Shown: one piece after another, positions 39,673 to 48,425 of the stretch
How the letters are laid out: every line of letters starts with the position of its first letter
Numbering within the stretch: the first letter of the stretch is position 1
NCBI GenBank assembly: GCA_045534635.1
Contig: JAZSKB010000051.1
Span: 4,663 to 68,662, forward strand
Source: Bacteroidales bacterium
GTDB taxonomy: Bacteria; Bacteroidota; Bacteroidia; Bacteroidales; WCHB1-69
DNA: 64,000 nucleotides
Direction of reading: 5' to 3'
Notes under the pieces: generated by a model
Databases searched by the model: none
The model's input: only the letters and a program-made list of their open reading frames with translations
Told to the model about the DNA's origin: nothing
Program-made: the position numbers and the translations under genes

Positions 39673-40303
39673 TGTTTTCTCCTCCTATCATTGATTTAAT
39701 AGTATTATATGCTTTGTTTACTGCATCGCAATAAGCACGAGAACTAATAGTTGCTGCTGTAATTGCGTCAATGTTACCACCATCGTTTTTAACTTTCAAG
39801 ACAAAATTATTAGGATTTTTTCCTTCAAATTGTTGATAAAATTTTTTATCTGCTATTTTTGAACCTAAACCGGGAGTTTCCGAATGAGAAAGAACAGCAA
39901 TTTGGTAAATATCGCCATTAGGTAAAAAACCAACCATTAAATCGAAACGACCTGCATAACCTTTATTGGTAAATGTTTCTACAGCAAATCCTACTAATTT
40001 TTCGTTTTTATACGCTTTGTGAATGGTAATAGAGTCGGCTTTTAACTCTTTTTTCAAAATATCATCATTAAGCGTTTTTTTATTGTCATTAGAAATAGGT
40101 GCAATTATTTTTTCTGTTTCCAATCGTGTATAATCTGGCAAAACTTGCTTTATTGCATTTTCTTTTTTTGCTTCTTTCGATTGTTCAATAGATTTTTTTG
40201 TAGATTTATATACTATGCCTAAAACACTTGCAGAAATGGCGGCAATTAACAATAAACATAATACAATGTTTTTAAAATTTGATGCTATTTTTTTTTGTGC
40301 CAT
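39665..40303 (-). CDS. rnfG: Rnf electron transport complex subunit G
   Basis: 212 aa with an N-terminal TM helix and FMN-attachment motif [12 protein letters not shown]. Confidence 0.88.
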   Translation of the reverse strand: MAQKKIASNFKNIVLCLLLIAAISASVLGIVYKSTKKSIEQSKEAKKENAIKQVLPDYTRLETEKIIAPISNDNKKTLNDDILKKELKADSITIHKAYKNEKLVGFAVETFTNKGYAGRFDLMVGFLPNGDIYQIAVLSHSETPGLGSKIADKKFYQQFEGKNPNNFVLKVKNDGGNIDAITAATISSRAYCDAVNKAYNTIKSMIGGENNE

Positions 40304-40317
40304 ATTTTGATGTATTT

Positions 40318-41340
40318 TTATTGTTTAACGGTTAATTTTTCTCCAAAACGTTTTGGTTTCAACCATTTATTAATCAAAGGAGTAAATCCATTCATAATAA
40401 GAATAGCGAAAGACATTCCTTCTGGATATGCTCCCCAAACCTTAATCAGAACGGTAATGATACCAATACAAACACCATAAAGTAACATTCCTTTTTTTGT
40501 CATAGGAGAAGTTACCATATCGGTAGCCATAAAAATAGCACCTAACAAAACACCTCCTGAAAGTAAATGAAACATAGGAAAGGCTGTATGCATTTCTGGA
40601 GAAATACATGATTCTGGGAAGAAATAATATATAAATTCTGTAAAAATAACAATAGTTCCTAAAATAGAAACAGGAATATGCCAAGAAATTATTCGTCGAG
40701 ATAATAAAATAATACCTCCTATAATCAAAGCAATAGCAGAAGTTTCACCAAGAGAACCTCCCATATTGCCTAAAAACATATCAAGATTATTTGGAAGATT
40801 GTTCATAATTTGATTAAAAGGTTCTCCATTTTTCAAGCCTTCTTTGACAATTGCTAATGGAGTAGGTCCTGTTACAGCATCTACACCTGAAAAATCCAAT
40901 ATACTTACCTTAGGCCAAGTAGTCATTTGTACAGGAAAAGAAATAAGCAAAAATATACGAGCAACAATAGCAGGATTAAAAATATTTTTGCCTAAACCTC
41001 CAAATGCCATTTTGCCAATACCGATAGCAACTAATGCTCCTATAACAATAATCCACCAAGGAAGATTAGAAGGAACATTAAATGCCAATAATAAACCTGT
41101 AATAACGGCAGAACCATCTGTAATTGTTGTTTCTCCTTTTATTAAAAATTTTTGAATCAACCACTCAATCAAAAGACATGAGATAACAGAAATGAGGGTT
41201 ACTTTCAATGCTCCCAATCCAAAGAAATATATTGATGCTAAAAAAGCGGGCATCAATGCAATAACTACTGTCCACATTATTTTCCTCGATGAATCTTGAG
41301 TGTGAATGTGAGGAGACCCTGATATTTGTAACATATTCAT
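40318..41340 (-). CDS. rnfD: Rnf electron transport complex subunit D
   Basis: 340 aa polytopic protein with GAIFMATDMVTSP, the RnfD/NqrB FMN site. Confidence 0.92.
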   Translation of the reverse strand: MNMLQISGSPHIHTQDSSRKIMWTVVIALMPAFLASIYFFGLGALKVTLISVISCLLIEWLIQKFLIKGETTITDGSAVITGLLLAFNVPSNLPWWIIVIGALVAIGIGKMAFGGLGKNIFNPAIVARIFLLISFPVQMTTWPKVSILDFSGVDAVTGPTPLAIVKEGLKNGEPFNQIMNNLPNNLDMFLGNMGGSLGETSAIALIIGGIILLSRRIISWHIPVSILGTIVIFTEFIYYFFPESCISPEMHTAFPMFHLLSGGVLLGAIFMATDMVTSPMTKKGMLLYGVCIGIITVLIKVWGAYPEGMSFAILIMNGFTPLINKWLKPKRFGEKLTVKQ

Positions 41341-41367
41341 AAAATATTTATTTTCTTTTGTAAATAA

Positions 41368-42699
41368 TTAATTTTGAGATATTCTTGCTCTTATCATAGC
41401 TCCTGTTTTATTTTTTCCCAATCGCATATAATCCAAAAGAGGACGAGCAGATGGACAAGTAAATTGACAAGAACCACATTCGATACAAGACATAATTTGT
41501 TCACTTTCACATTCTTCAAAACGACCTTGTTTTGATAATACCGAAAGCAAATAAGGTTCTAAACCCATTGGGCAAACATTGACACAACGTCCGCAACGAA
41601 TACAATTACTTGGTTGTAAGCGTTTTGCTTCTGCTGTTGTTATTTGCAATAAACTAGAAAAGCCTTTAGCGGTAAAAGCGTTAAGATTAATGATTGTTTT
41701 TCCCATCATAGGACCTCCACTAACAAGTTTTCCTGTATTTTCTGCTAAACCTCCATTGGCTTCTATTATATTGGAAATAGGGGTTCCTAAACGAACACGA
41801 TAGTTTTTCGGTGTTACAGATTTTCCAGAATAAGTCATATAATTGGAAATAAGGGGTTTATTTTTTTGAACGGCTTCGTAAACGGCTAATGCTGTACATG
41901 CATTATCAACAACACAACCAACATCTATAGGCAATTTTCCTGCAGGAACTTCTCTATTGGCTATCGCTTTTATTAATTGTTTTTCTGCTCCTTGTGGATA
42001 TTTTGTTTTTAAAGTAACTATATGAACTCCATTGTATTTTTTTGCAATAGTAGTCATATTGGCAATAGCCTCGCTTTTATTTTGTTCTATTCCTATATAA
42101 ACATCATTTAAATGCAATGCTTTACGTAAAATACAAGCTCCAATAATAAGTTCTTCTCCGCGTTCTATCATTATTCTATTATCTACAGAGATATATGGTT
42201 CACATTCTGCTGCGTTGATAATACAATATTGTGCTTTTTTGCCATCGGGAATCATTAATTTGACATGCGTTGGAAAACATGCTCCGCCTAATCCTACAAT
42301 TCCACATTCTTTTATTTTATTGATAATTTCAGTACTTTCCATTTTGATGTCTGAAATTATATCGGGACTTCTATCAATAGATTCTTCCCAAATATCATCT
42401 TCTACATCAATAAAAATTGCTTGTTTTTTAAACCCTGCAAAATCAGATACAGTTTCTATTTTTGATACTACTCCAGAGCAAGAGGCATGTAAATTAGCAG
42501 AAACAAAAGATTCTCCCTTGGCTATCATTTGACCAACTTTTACATTTTCTCCTTTGGCAACAATTATTGTAGCAGGGGCTCCTAAATGTTGGGAAGCATA
42601 CAAAACTACTTGTTTGGGATTTGGGAAATCCTCAAGCGTTGATTTGTGAGCAAATTTATTTTCTTCGGGATGAATCCCTCCTTTACTAAAGGTTTTCAC
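41368..42699 (-). CDS. rnfC: Rnf electron transport complex subunit C
   Basis: Start is placed at the GTG giving VKTFSKGGIHPEENK, a typical RnfC N-terminus. Two CxxCxxCxxxCP ferredoxin motifs lie near the C-terminus. The longer ORF-track start lies in AT-rich promoter DNA. Confidence 0.88.
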   Translation of the reverse strand: MKTFSKGGIHPEENKFAHKSTLEDFPNPKQVVLYASQHLGAPATIIVAKGENVKVGQMIAKGESFVSANLHASCSGVVSKIETVSDFAGFKKQAIFIDVEDDIWEESIDRSPDIISDIKMESTEIINKIKECGIVGLGGACFPTHVKLMIPDGKKAQYCIINAAECEPYISVDNRIMIERGEELIIGACILRKALHLNDVYIGIEQNKSEAIANMTTIAKKYNGVHIVTLKTKYPQGAEKQLIKAIANREVPAGKLPIDVGCVVDNACTALAVYEAVQKNKPLISNYMTYSGKSVTPKNYRVRLGTPISNIIEANGGLAENTGKLVSGGPMMGKTIINLNAFTAKGFSSLLQITTAEAKRLQPSNCIRCGRCVNVCPMGLEPYLLSVLSKQGRFEECESEQIMSCIECGSCQFTCPSARPLLDYMRLGKNKTGAMIRARISQN

Positions 42700-42965
42700 G
42701 TGTCTGTGTTTTAGTTGATACTCATTTTTCGATTTGCAAATATACAAAAAAAAATTAATTTCTTTTAAAAAAAAAAAATTTTTATACAAGATAAAAAAAA
42801 GCATTTTATTCTTTGATGTAAACCACTTATTCGATAAAAATAAATCTAATTACTGACAAAAAATCATACAAAATTTTGACATCATTTAGAAGTTTTTAAA
42901 CGCTTCTTTTGGAAAAATCACAGAATCGCTATCTTGAAAAAAAGATTATTTTTTTATTATAAAAA

Positions 42966-43029
42966 ACGTAACAAAAAAAAAATCAATACTTTATGATTTT
43001 GTATAAAAAAAAGTTGTATCTTTGCAACG
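42966..43029 (+). repeat. Promoter segment, copy 1 (contains the -7 box TATCTTTG at 43017..43024), upstream of rhuM-like gene
   Basis: ACGTAA..AATCAATA.TTTATG.TTTTGT...AAAAAGTTGTA..TTTGC..CG is shared with 44082..44136. Confidence 0.7.
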
Positions 43030-43088
43030 TTTGTGAAATATAATTTTACAAGTGATTTTGAATTTGAAAAGTTGGATTAAAATACTTG

Positions 43089-44078
43089 ATGGAAGAGAAT
43101 AAGATTATTATCTATCAAACGGAGGACGGACAGACACAGATTGATGTCCGAATGGAGAATGAGACCGTGTGGCTGACGCAGGCTCAGATGGCAGAATTGT
43201 TTCAGACAGACCGCACATCAATCGTTCGTCACATCAATAACATTTATAAGGTGGAAGAACTTGACAGAGAATCAACCTGTGCAAAAATTGCACAAGTTCA
43301 AATTGAGGGCAAAAGAACGGTAAAACGAAGTGTTCCATATTTCAATTTGGACATGATTATTTCTGTGGGTTATCGTGTTAATTCCAAACGAGGTGTTAAG
43401 TTTCGTCAGTGGGCAAACCGTATTTTGAAAGATTACCTCGTCAAAGGCTATGCCGTACACGATCGCATCCGCAAGGAGCAGATTGGCGAGTTGCGGCAAC
43501 TGGTTGGGATGCTTGGACGTACGATGCAAAGCCAGTCGTTGCTATCCAATGACGAAACGAATGCTTTGTTTGAGGTAGTCACCGATTATACCTACGCCCT
43601 CGACACGCTCGACAACTATGACTACGAGCGACTGACCATTGACAAGACCACCAAAGAAGAGCCTTTCCACGCCACATACGAGAATGCGATGAAAGAGATT
43701 CGCTTGTTGCGTGAAAAGTTTGGTGGCTCGGTACTCTTTGGTAACGAGAAGGACGACTCGTTCAAAAGCTCGATTGGACAGATTTACCAGACTTTCGGAG
43801 GCGAGGAACTCTACCCGAGTGTGGAGGAAAAAGCCGCAATGTTGCTGTATTTGGTAACCAAAAACCACTCGTTCAGCGACGGCAACAAACGCATTGCAGC
43901 GACGCTTTTCCTGTGGTTCCTCAACAATAACCGCATCCTCTATCGCCAAGATGGTTCCAAACGCATTGCCGACAACACCCTCGTCGCTCTAACCCTGATG
44001 ATTGCCGAGAGCAAAACGGAGGAGAAAGATGTGATGGTGAAGGTGGTAGTGAATTTGATTAACCAGGAAAATCAATAA
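43089..44078 (+). CDS. RhuM-family protein with a C-terminal Fic/Doc domain
   Basis: N-terminus IIIYQTEDGQTQIDVRMENETVWLTQAQMAELF...ISVGYRVNS is typical of RhuM. The C-terminal motif HSFSDGNKRIAA matches the Doc-type HxFxDxNKR core. Confidence 0.8.
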   Translation: MEENKIIIYQTEDGQTQIDVRMENETVWLTQAQMAELFQTDRTSIVRHINNIYKVEELDRESTCAKIAQVQIEGKRTVKRSVPYFNLDMIISVGYRVNSKRGVKFRQWANRILKDYLVKGYAVHDRIRKEQIGELRQLVGMLGRTMQSQSLLSNDETNALFEVVTDYTYALDTLDNYDYERLTIDKTTKEEPFHATYENAMKEIRLLREKFGGSVLFGNEKDDSFKSSIGQIYQTFGGEELYPSVEEKAAMLLYLVTKNHSFSDGNKRIAATLFLWFLNNNRILYRQDGSKRIADNTLVALTLMIAESKTEEKDVMVKVVVNLINQENQ

Positions 44079-44081
44079 ACA

Positions 44082-44136
44082 CGTAAAAATCAATATTTAT
44101 GGTTTTGTGCTTAAAAAGTTGTAATTTTGCGGCGGA
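44082..44136 (+). repeat. Promoter segment, copy 2 (contains the -7 box TAATTTTG at 44123..44130), upstream of mcrB-like gene
   Basis: Direct repeat of 42966..43029, starting 4 nt after the rhuM stop codon. Confidence 0.7.
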
Positions 44137-44226
44137 GTTTTCTTGTTGAGATTCATTTGAAAGATTTGATAGAGAATGAATTGATATTTGCAAATTCATA
44201 TTTATTTGAACAATTAATAGTATATT

Positions 44227-46068
44227 ATGGACAACATTCGTTATTGGACCTTTAAACACAAACCGGGAGAAAAAGCTAATGAGGATAAGTGCAAGGAACT
44301 TATTTTACAAGCTGTTCGAAACAATTATGTTTTTATGCAATATGAGTATGGCTTTGAAGACACACGAAAGGTAACACAAAATTGGAATAGAGTGCGAAAA
44401 GTATCAGAAGGTGACGTTATTTTTCTCAGAGGTGATAAAAACATATATGCCTATGGTTATGCCATACGACCTCGGTTGGAAGCTGATATAAAATTAAAAA
44501 TGCAAGACATTATTGACAATAAAGATCATGGGAAATATAACTCTTCCGATTTTTGCGGAATAATACATTTTGAAGACTCTGATGTTTTCTATGAGAACTT
44601 AGATGGCGAAGAAAATTGGGGGCAAAGGATTGATGTGGATTCTTGGCGATTGTATTATGAGAATGGAATACCTGCGCAATCGCAAGATTTATACCAACAA
44701 GGAGAAAATGAATATGGCGTATTGAAAGAATTAAAACCAGAAAAAGGTAAGGAAATAATTAATGAACTTTATAATTATTTAGGAATGAAAGGAGATGTAT
44801 TATCATTGTTAAAAACAAATCACAATCTCATTCTCACCGGTGCTCCGGGAACAGGGAAAACCTATTTGGCAAAACAGGTTGCGAGACTATTGCTTTTTGG
44901 AAAAACAAATGAAAATGAACTTAATGATGTTGAACGAAAACAATTCAACGAACAATATGGTTTCGTCCAATTTCACCCGAGTTATGACTATACTGACTTT
45001 GTAGAGGGCTTAAGGCCTATGCAAGATGAAACTGGTAATGTTGGGTTTGAACGCAAAGACGGCGTTTTTAAGGCTTTTTGCAAAAAAGCTGTATCATTGC
45101 CAAAAAATGACACCATAGACAATTTCAACGAAACGTGGGATAAGTTGGTTGCCACATTAAATGAAAACAATTACATTGATGTTCCATTTTTAAGCAATAA
45201 GAGTAAAAGTTTCAGAGTAGAACTTAATGAGTATGGAACAGGATTGGCAAACCGAACTTATCCAAATGACATATACGAGCAAGGTGGATGGATTTCAGGA
45301 CAGTCCAAGTTTTTCAGCAAAGACCAATTGTATAACATATATAGGGGACTGCCCGGTGTGCCTTCAGGCGGACACGATAATTATCGACGTGCAATTGTCG
45401 AAGAAATGAAAAAAAGTTTGGGATTGAAGCCTTATAAAGAAGGTAATTCTGTGGAGAAATCTGATAAAAACTTTGTCTTCATCATCGACGAAATCAACCG
45501 TGGTGAAATCTCCAAGATTTTTGGAGAATTGTTCTTTTCTATAGATCCAGGATACCGTGGAAAAGAAAAGGGAAAAATAAAAACTCAATATCAAAATCTT
45601 ATTGAGCAAGGGGATGTATTTTATGATGGTTTTTATGTCCCCGAAAACGTCTATATCATTGGTACCATGAACGACATCGACCGCAGCGTGGAGAGCATGG
45701 ACTTTGCTTTCCGCCGGAGATTTGCGTTCAAGGAAATCAAAGCTATAGACAGAGTTGAAATGCTCTATGACAGCAATAATGGAATTGAAAACTACGCAGA
45801 CGAGGCAAAAGAACGAATGAGCCGGCTCAACGAGGAGATTGAAAGAATTGAAGGTCTTTCTACCGCTTATCACATTGGTCCCGCTTATTTTCTTAAATTG
45901 AAAAACTACGATGGCAGCTTCCAAGATTTATGGGACAACCATTTGGAAGGACTTTTGAAGGAATATATGCGTGGAATGCAAGGTGTTGAAGATAAGATAA
46001 AAACTCTGAAAGAGGCTTATAATAACCCCAAAGCAACAAATACAGGTGATGCGGATGAAAATCTATGA
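44227..46068 (+). CDS. mcrB: McrB-family AAA+ GTPase restriction subunit with an N-terminal PUA/EVE-like reader domain
   Basis: 613 aa. Walker A is LTGAPGTGKT, Walker B is FVFIIDEINRG, and the McrB signature is IIGTMNDIDRS plus FAFRRRF. The N-terminal ~190 aa (IRYWTFKHKPG...) look like a PUA-fold modified-base reader. Confidence 0.85.
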   Translation: MDNIRYWTFKHKPGEKANEDKCKELILQAVRNNYVFMQYEYGFEDTRKVTQNWNRVRKVSEGDVIFLRGDKNIYAYGYAIRPRLEADIKLKMQDIIDNKDHGKYNSSDFCGIIHFEDSDVFYENLDGEENWGQRIDVDSWRLYYENGIPAQSQDLYQQGENEYGVLKELKPEKGKEIINELYNYLGMKGDVLSLLKTNHNLILTGAPGTGKTYLAKQVARLLLFGKTNENELNDVERKQFNEQYGFVQFHPSYDYTDFVEGLRPMQDETGNVGFERKDGVFKAFCKKAVSLPKNDTIDNFNETWDKLVATLNENNYIDVPFLSNKSKSFRVELNEYGTGLANRTYPNDIYEQGGWISGQSKFFSKDQLYNIYRGLPGVPSGGHDNYRRAIVEEMKKSLGLKPYKEGNSVEKSDKNFVFIIDEINRGEISKIFGELFFSIDPGYRGKEKGKIKTQYQNLIEQGDVFYDGFYVPENVYIIGTMNDIDRSVESMDFAFRRRFAFKEIKAIDRVEMLYDSNNGIENYADEAKERMSRLNEEIERIEGLSTAYHIGPAYFLKLKNYDGSFQDLWDNHLEGLLKEYMRGMQGVEDKIKTLKEAYNNPKATNTGDADENL

Positions 46069-47389
46069 CAATACTACTCGTAAATTGTCGGAAGAGGAAA
46101 TCTCATCGGCAAAACCAGACCTTGAGCGAATTGCCAATATAAAAATTGGCGAACTATCCTTGGAAGACAATCCTAACCTTTTGGTCTTTCCAAGGGATTT
46201 GCACCGTTATGGCGATGAAATCAGTGAGAACTGTATAATCTCTATGCGTGATGATGATATCTCCACGGGAAACATTATGGGTTTTGTGGGAGTGAACGAC
46301 ACACAATTGGATATCAAATCGCGTTTTGCCAAAGTGGACGAGGATGACTATTTCCTTCATTATATGCTCCAGAAAGTTTTTTCTATCAACCTGTTCGATA
46401 TAAAACACACAACCCGACAAGAGGACATTTTCGATTTTCTTCTATATCTGTTTCCTCACTTCTTGAAGAAGGCACTTGCACAGGGACTGTTCAAAAAATA
46501 CAGAAGATTTGAATACAACGATGCCAACATTCGGGGACCGATAGACGTAAATCGGCATATCCACGAAAATATTCCTTTCCGAGGAACTGTCGCCTATTCC
46601 ACACGCGAGCACAGCTATGACAACGAAGTTACGCAGCTGGTCCGCCACACCATAGAATACATCCGCACCAAAGAGCACGGGGCCATCATTTTGAACAATG
46701 ACCCAGAAACTAGAAGTTGCATCACGCAAATCACTCTTGCAACGCAATCGTACAATGTGCGGGAACGTATGAAAGTCATCAACCCAAACCTGCGTCCCAT
46801 ATGCCATCCCTACTTTTCGGCATACACCGACATCCAAAGCCTTTGCCTTCGAATCCTCCGCCACGAATCTCTCAAATACGGACAGGAAAAAGACAAAGTT
46901 TATGGCGTTTTGTTCGATGGGGCTTGGCTGTGGGAGGAGTATTTGAATACGATTTTGAAAAAATGTGGTTTCAAACATCCTGAAAACAAAAAACAAAAAG
47001 GTGGTTTTCGGATGTTTAAAAATGAGTTGGACGATGATGCAATCAGCAAAAATAGTCGTCGTTTATATCCCGACTTTTGGAAAAATGACTTCATTCTCGA
47101 TGCCAAATACAAGCGCCTAAACAATGGTGTTGCACGCGAAGATTTGTATCAGGTAGTTTCGTATATGTATAGTACGAAGTCTAATAATGGAGGTTTTGTA
47201 TATCCGTCTGAAACAAAGCAAGATACAATCAATTATCATTTAGCTGGCTACGGTGGCATTATGCACATCATTGGTTTACATGTTAGCCATGGTGTCTCTG
47301 ATTTTAAAGAATATGTCAAAAGAATGAAAGAGTCTGAAAGTCGGCTTATTGCGACGGCGAGCGACTTGAAAACGAAAAAAACGCTGTAG
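46049..47389 (+). CDS. mcrC: McrC-family restriction endonuclease subunit
   Basis: ~446 aa, overlapping the mcrB stop. PD-(D/E)xK-type motif YPDFWKNDFILDAKYK lies near the C-terminus. Confidence 0.8.
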   Translation: MRMKIYDNTTRKLSEEEISSAKPDLERIANIKIGELSLEDNPNLLVFPRDLHRYGDEISENCIISMRDDDISTGNIMGFVGVNDTQLDIKSRFAKVDEDDYFLHYMLQKVFSINLFDIKHTTRQEDIFDFLLYLFPHFLKKALAQGLFKKYRRFEYNDANIRGPIDVNRHIHENIPFRGTVAYSTREHSYDNEVTQLVRHTIEYIRTKEHGAIILNNDPETRSCITQITLATQSYNVRERMKVINPNLRPICHPYFSAYTDIQSLCLRILRHESLKYGQEKDKVYGVLFDGAWLWEEYLNTILKKCGFKHPENKKQKGGFRMFKNELDDDAISKNSRRLYPDFWKNDFILDAKYKRLNNGVAREDLYQVVSYMYSTKSNNGGFVYPSETKQDTINYHLAGYGGIMHIIGLHVSHGVSDFKEYVKRMKESESRLIATASDLKTKKTL

Positions 47390-47491
47390 ATAGTTTTTCC
47401 CTGCCAAAAATTTAGTTTAAAGAAATATAAAATAACCCTTTCAAATTAGGAGTAGTAACAATTCAATTTGTGAAGTTACAAAAAACAAAAC

Positions 47492-47634
47492 CTATAATAT
47501 TTTATTCCCAAATATCTGGAAGAAAAGGTATAAATTTTGGTTTTTGTGTAGGAATAAACATGCTAAAAGGATAGGCTTTCAAGAAAAAATTAGCAAAACA
47601 TTTTACGGTTTCTATAAAAAATGCTACTTTTGCA
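47492..47634 (+). repeat. Dispersed intergenic repeat, copy B (contains the intact -7 box TACTTTTG at 47625..47632)
   Basis: Partner of 18757..18883. Here it provides the promoter of the 47657 gene. Confidence 0.7.
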
Positions 47635-47656
47635 AAATTATATAAAAGGAATACTC

Positions 47657-48412
47657 ATGAGTAAGTACAATATCTTTTTATGGACAATGGTTGGTATCGC
47701 TATTCTTGTTTTTTTTGCACTCTACTTTATAAAAGCAGGATACGGTAAATTCAATAGTAAAAAATGGGGACCATCAATCAACAATAAACTTGCATGGGTG
47801 TTAATGGAAGCACCTATTTGTTTATTATTTATTGCATTTTGGCTTTTTAGTGATAAAACTTTTGAAATTACACCTTTGTTCTTTTTCATTATGTTTGAAA
47901 TACATTATGTTCAAAGGGCTTTTGTTTTTCCTTTTTTAATGCGAGGTTGTAGCAAAATGTCTATAATAGTAATGTTAATGGGTATTACTTTTAATATTGC
48001 CAATGCTATTATGCAAGGATATTGGATTTTTTATCTTTCCGATAAATATACATTGCATTGGCTTACAACACCTCAATTTATAATAGGAACAATAGTATTT
48101 TTTATCGGCTGGATTATTAATATAGACTCCGACAGAAGAATACGAAATTTACGCCAACCGGGAGATTCTAACCATTATTTGCCTCACGGAGGAATGTATA
48201 ATTATGTTACCTCCGCAAATTATTTTGGAGAACTTGTCGAATGGTTAGGCTTTGCTATTGCCACATGGTCGTTTGCTGGATTAGTATTTTTTATTTGGAC
48301 ATTTGCTAATTTGGTACCACGTTCCAATGCAATATATCATCATTATCAAAAAGAATTTTCACAAGATATGCAAGGAAAAAATCTTCGTAGAGTATTCCCA
48401 TTTATCTATTAA
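47657..48412 (+). CDS. 3-oxo-5-alpha-steroid 4-dehydrogenase (steroid 5-alpha-reductase) family membrane protein
   Basis: Start is moved to MSKYNIFLW because the upstream ATG lies inside the -7 box. The protein is polytopic with the C-terminal block YVTSANYFGELVEWLGFAI typical of the SRD5A family. Confidence 0.75.
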   Translation: MSKYNIFLWTMVGIAILVFFALYFIKAGYGKFNSKKWGPSINNKLAWVLMEAPICLLFIAFWLFSDKTFEITPLFFFIMFEIHYVQRAFVFPFLMRGCSKMSIIVMLMGITFNIANAIMQGYWIFYLSDKYTLHWLTTPQFIIGTIVFFIGWIINIDSDRRIRNLRQPGDSNHYLPHGGMYNYVTSANYFGELVEWLGFAIATWSFAGLVFFIWTFANLVPRSNAIYHHYQKEFSQDMQGKNLRRVFPFIY

Positions 48413-48425
48413 ACAATAAAATATC

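Noticed and set aside
39116-39694. A long antisense ORF (192 aa) lies opposite rnfE. Similar shadow ORFs lie opposite mcrB (45364..45924), mcrC (46442..46996), rhuM (43542..43949), ftsK (29250..29753, 27877..28257) and gldG/DUF4340 (15894..16310).
   Set aside because: Each lies fully inside a confidently identified gene on the other strand. Their composition is biased and low-complexity, and no motifs were recognised.
42700-42804. The ORF track extends rnfC by 35 codons at the N-terminus (MLFFILYKNFFFLKEINFF...).
   Set aside because: The extension is a translation of an A/T homopolymer-rich promoter region. RnfC homologues begin at the .KTF..GG.HP motif, which is reached from the GTG at 42699.
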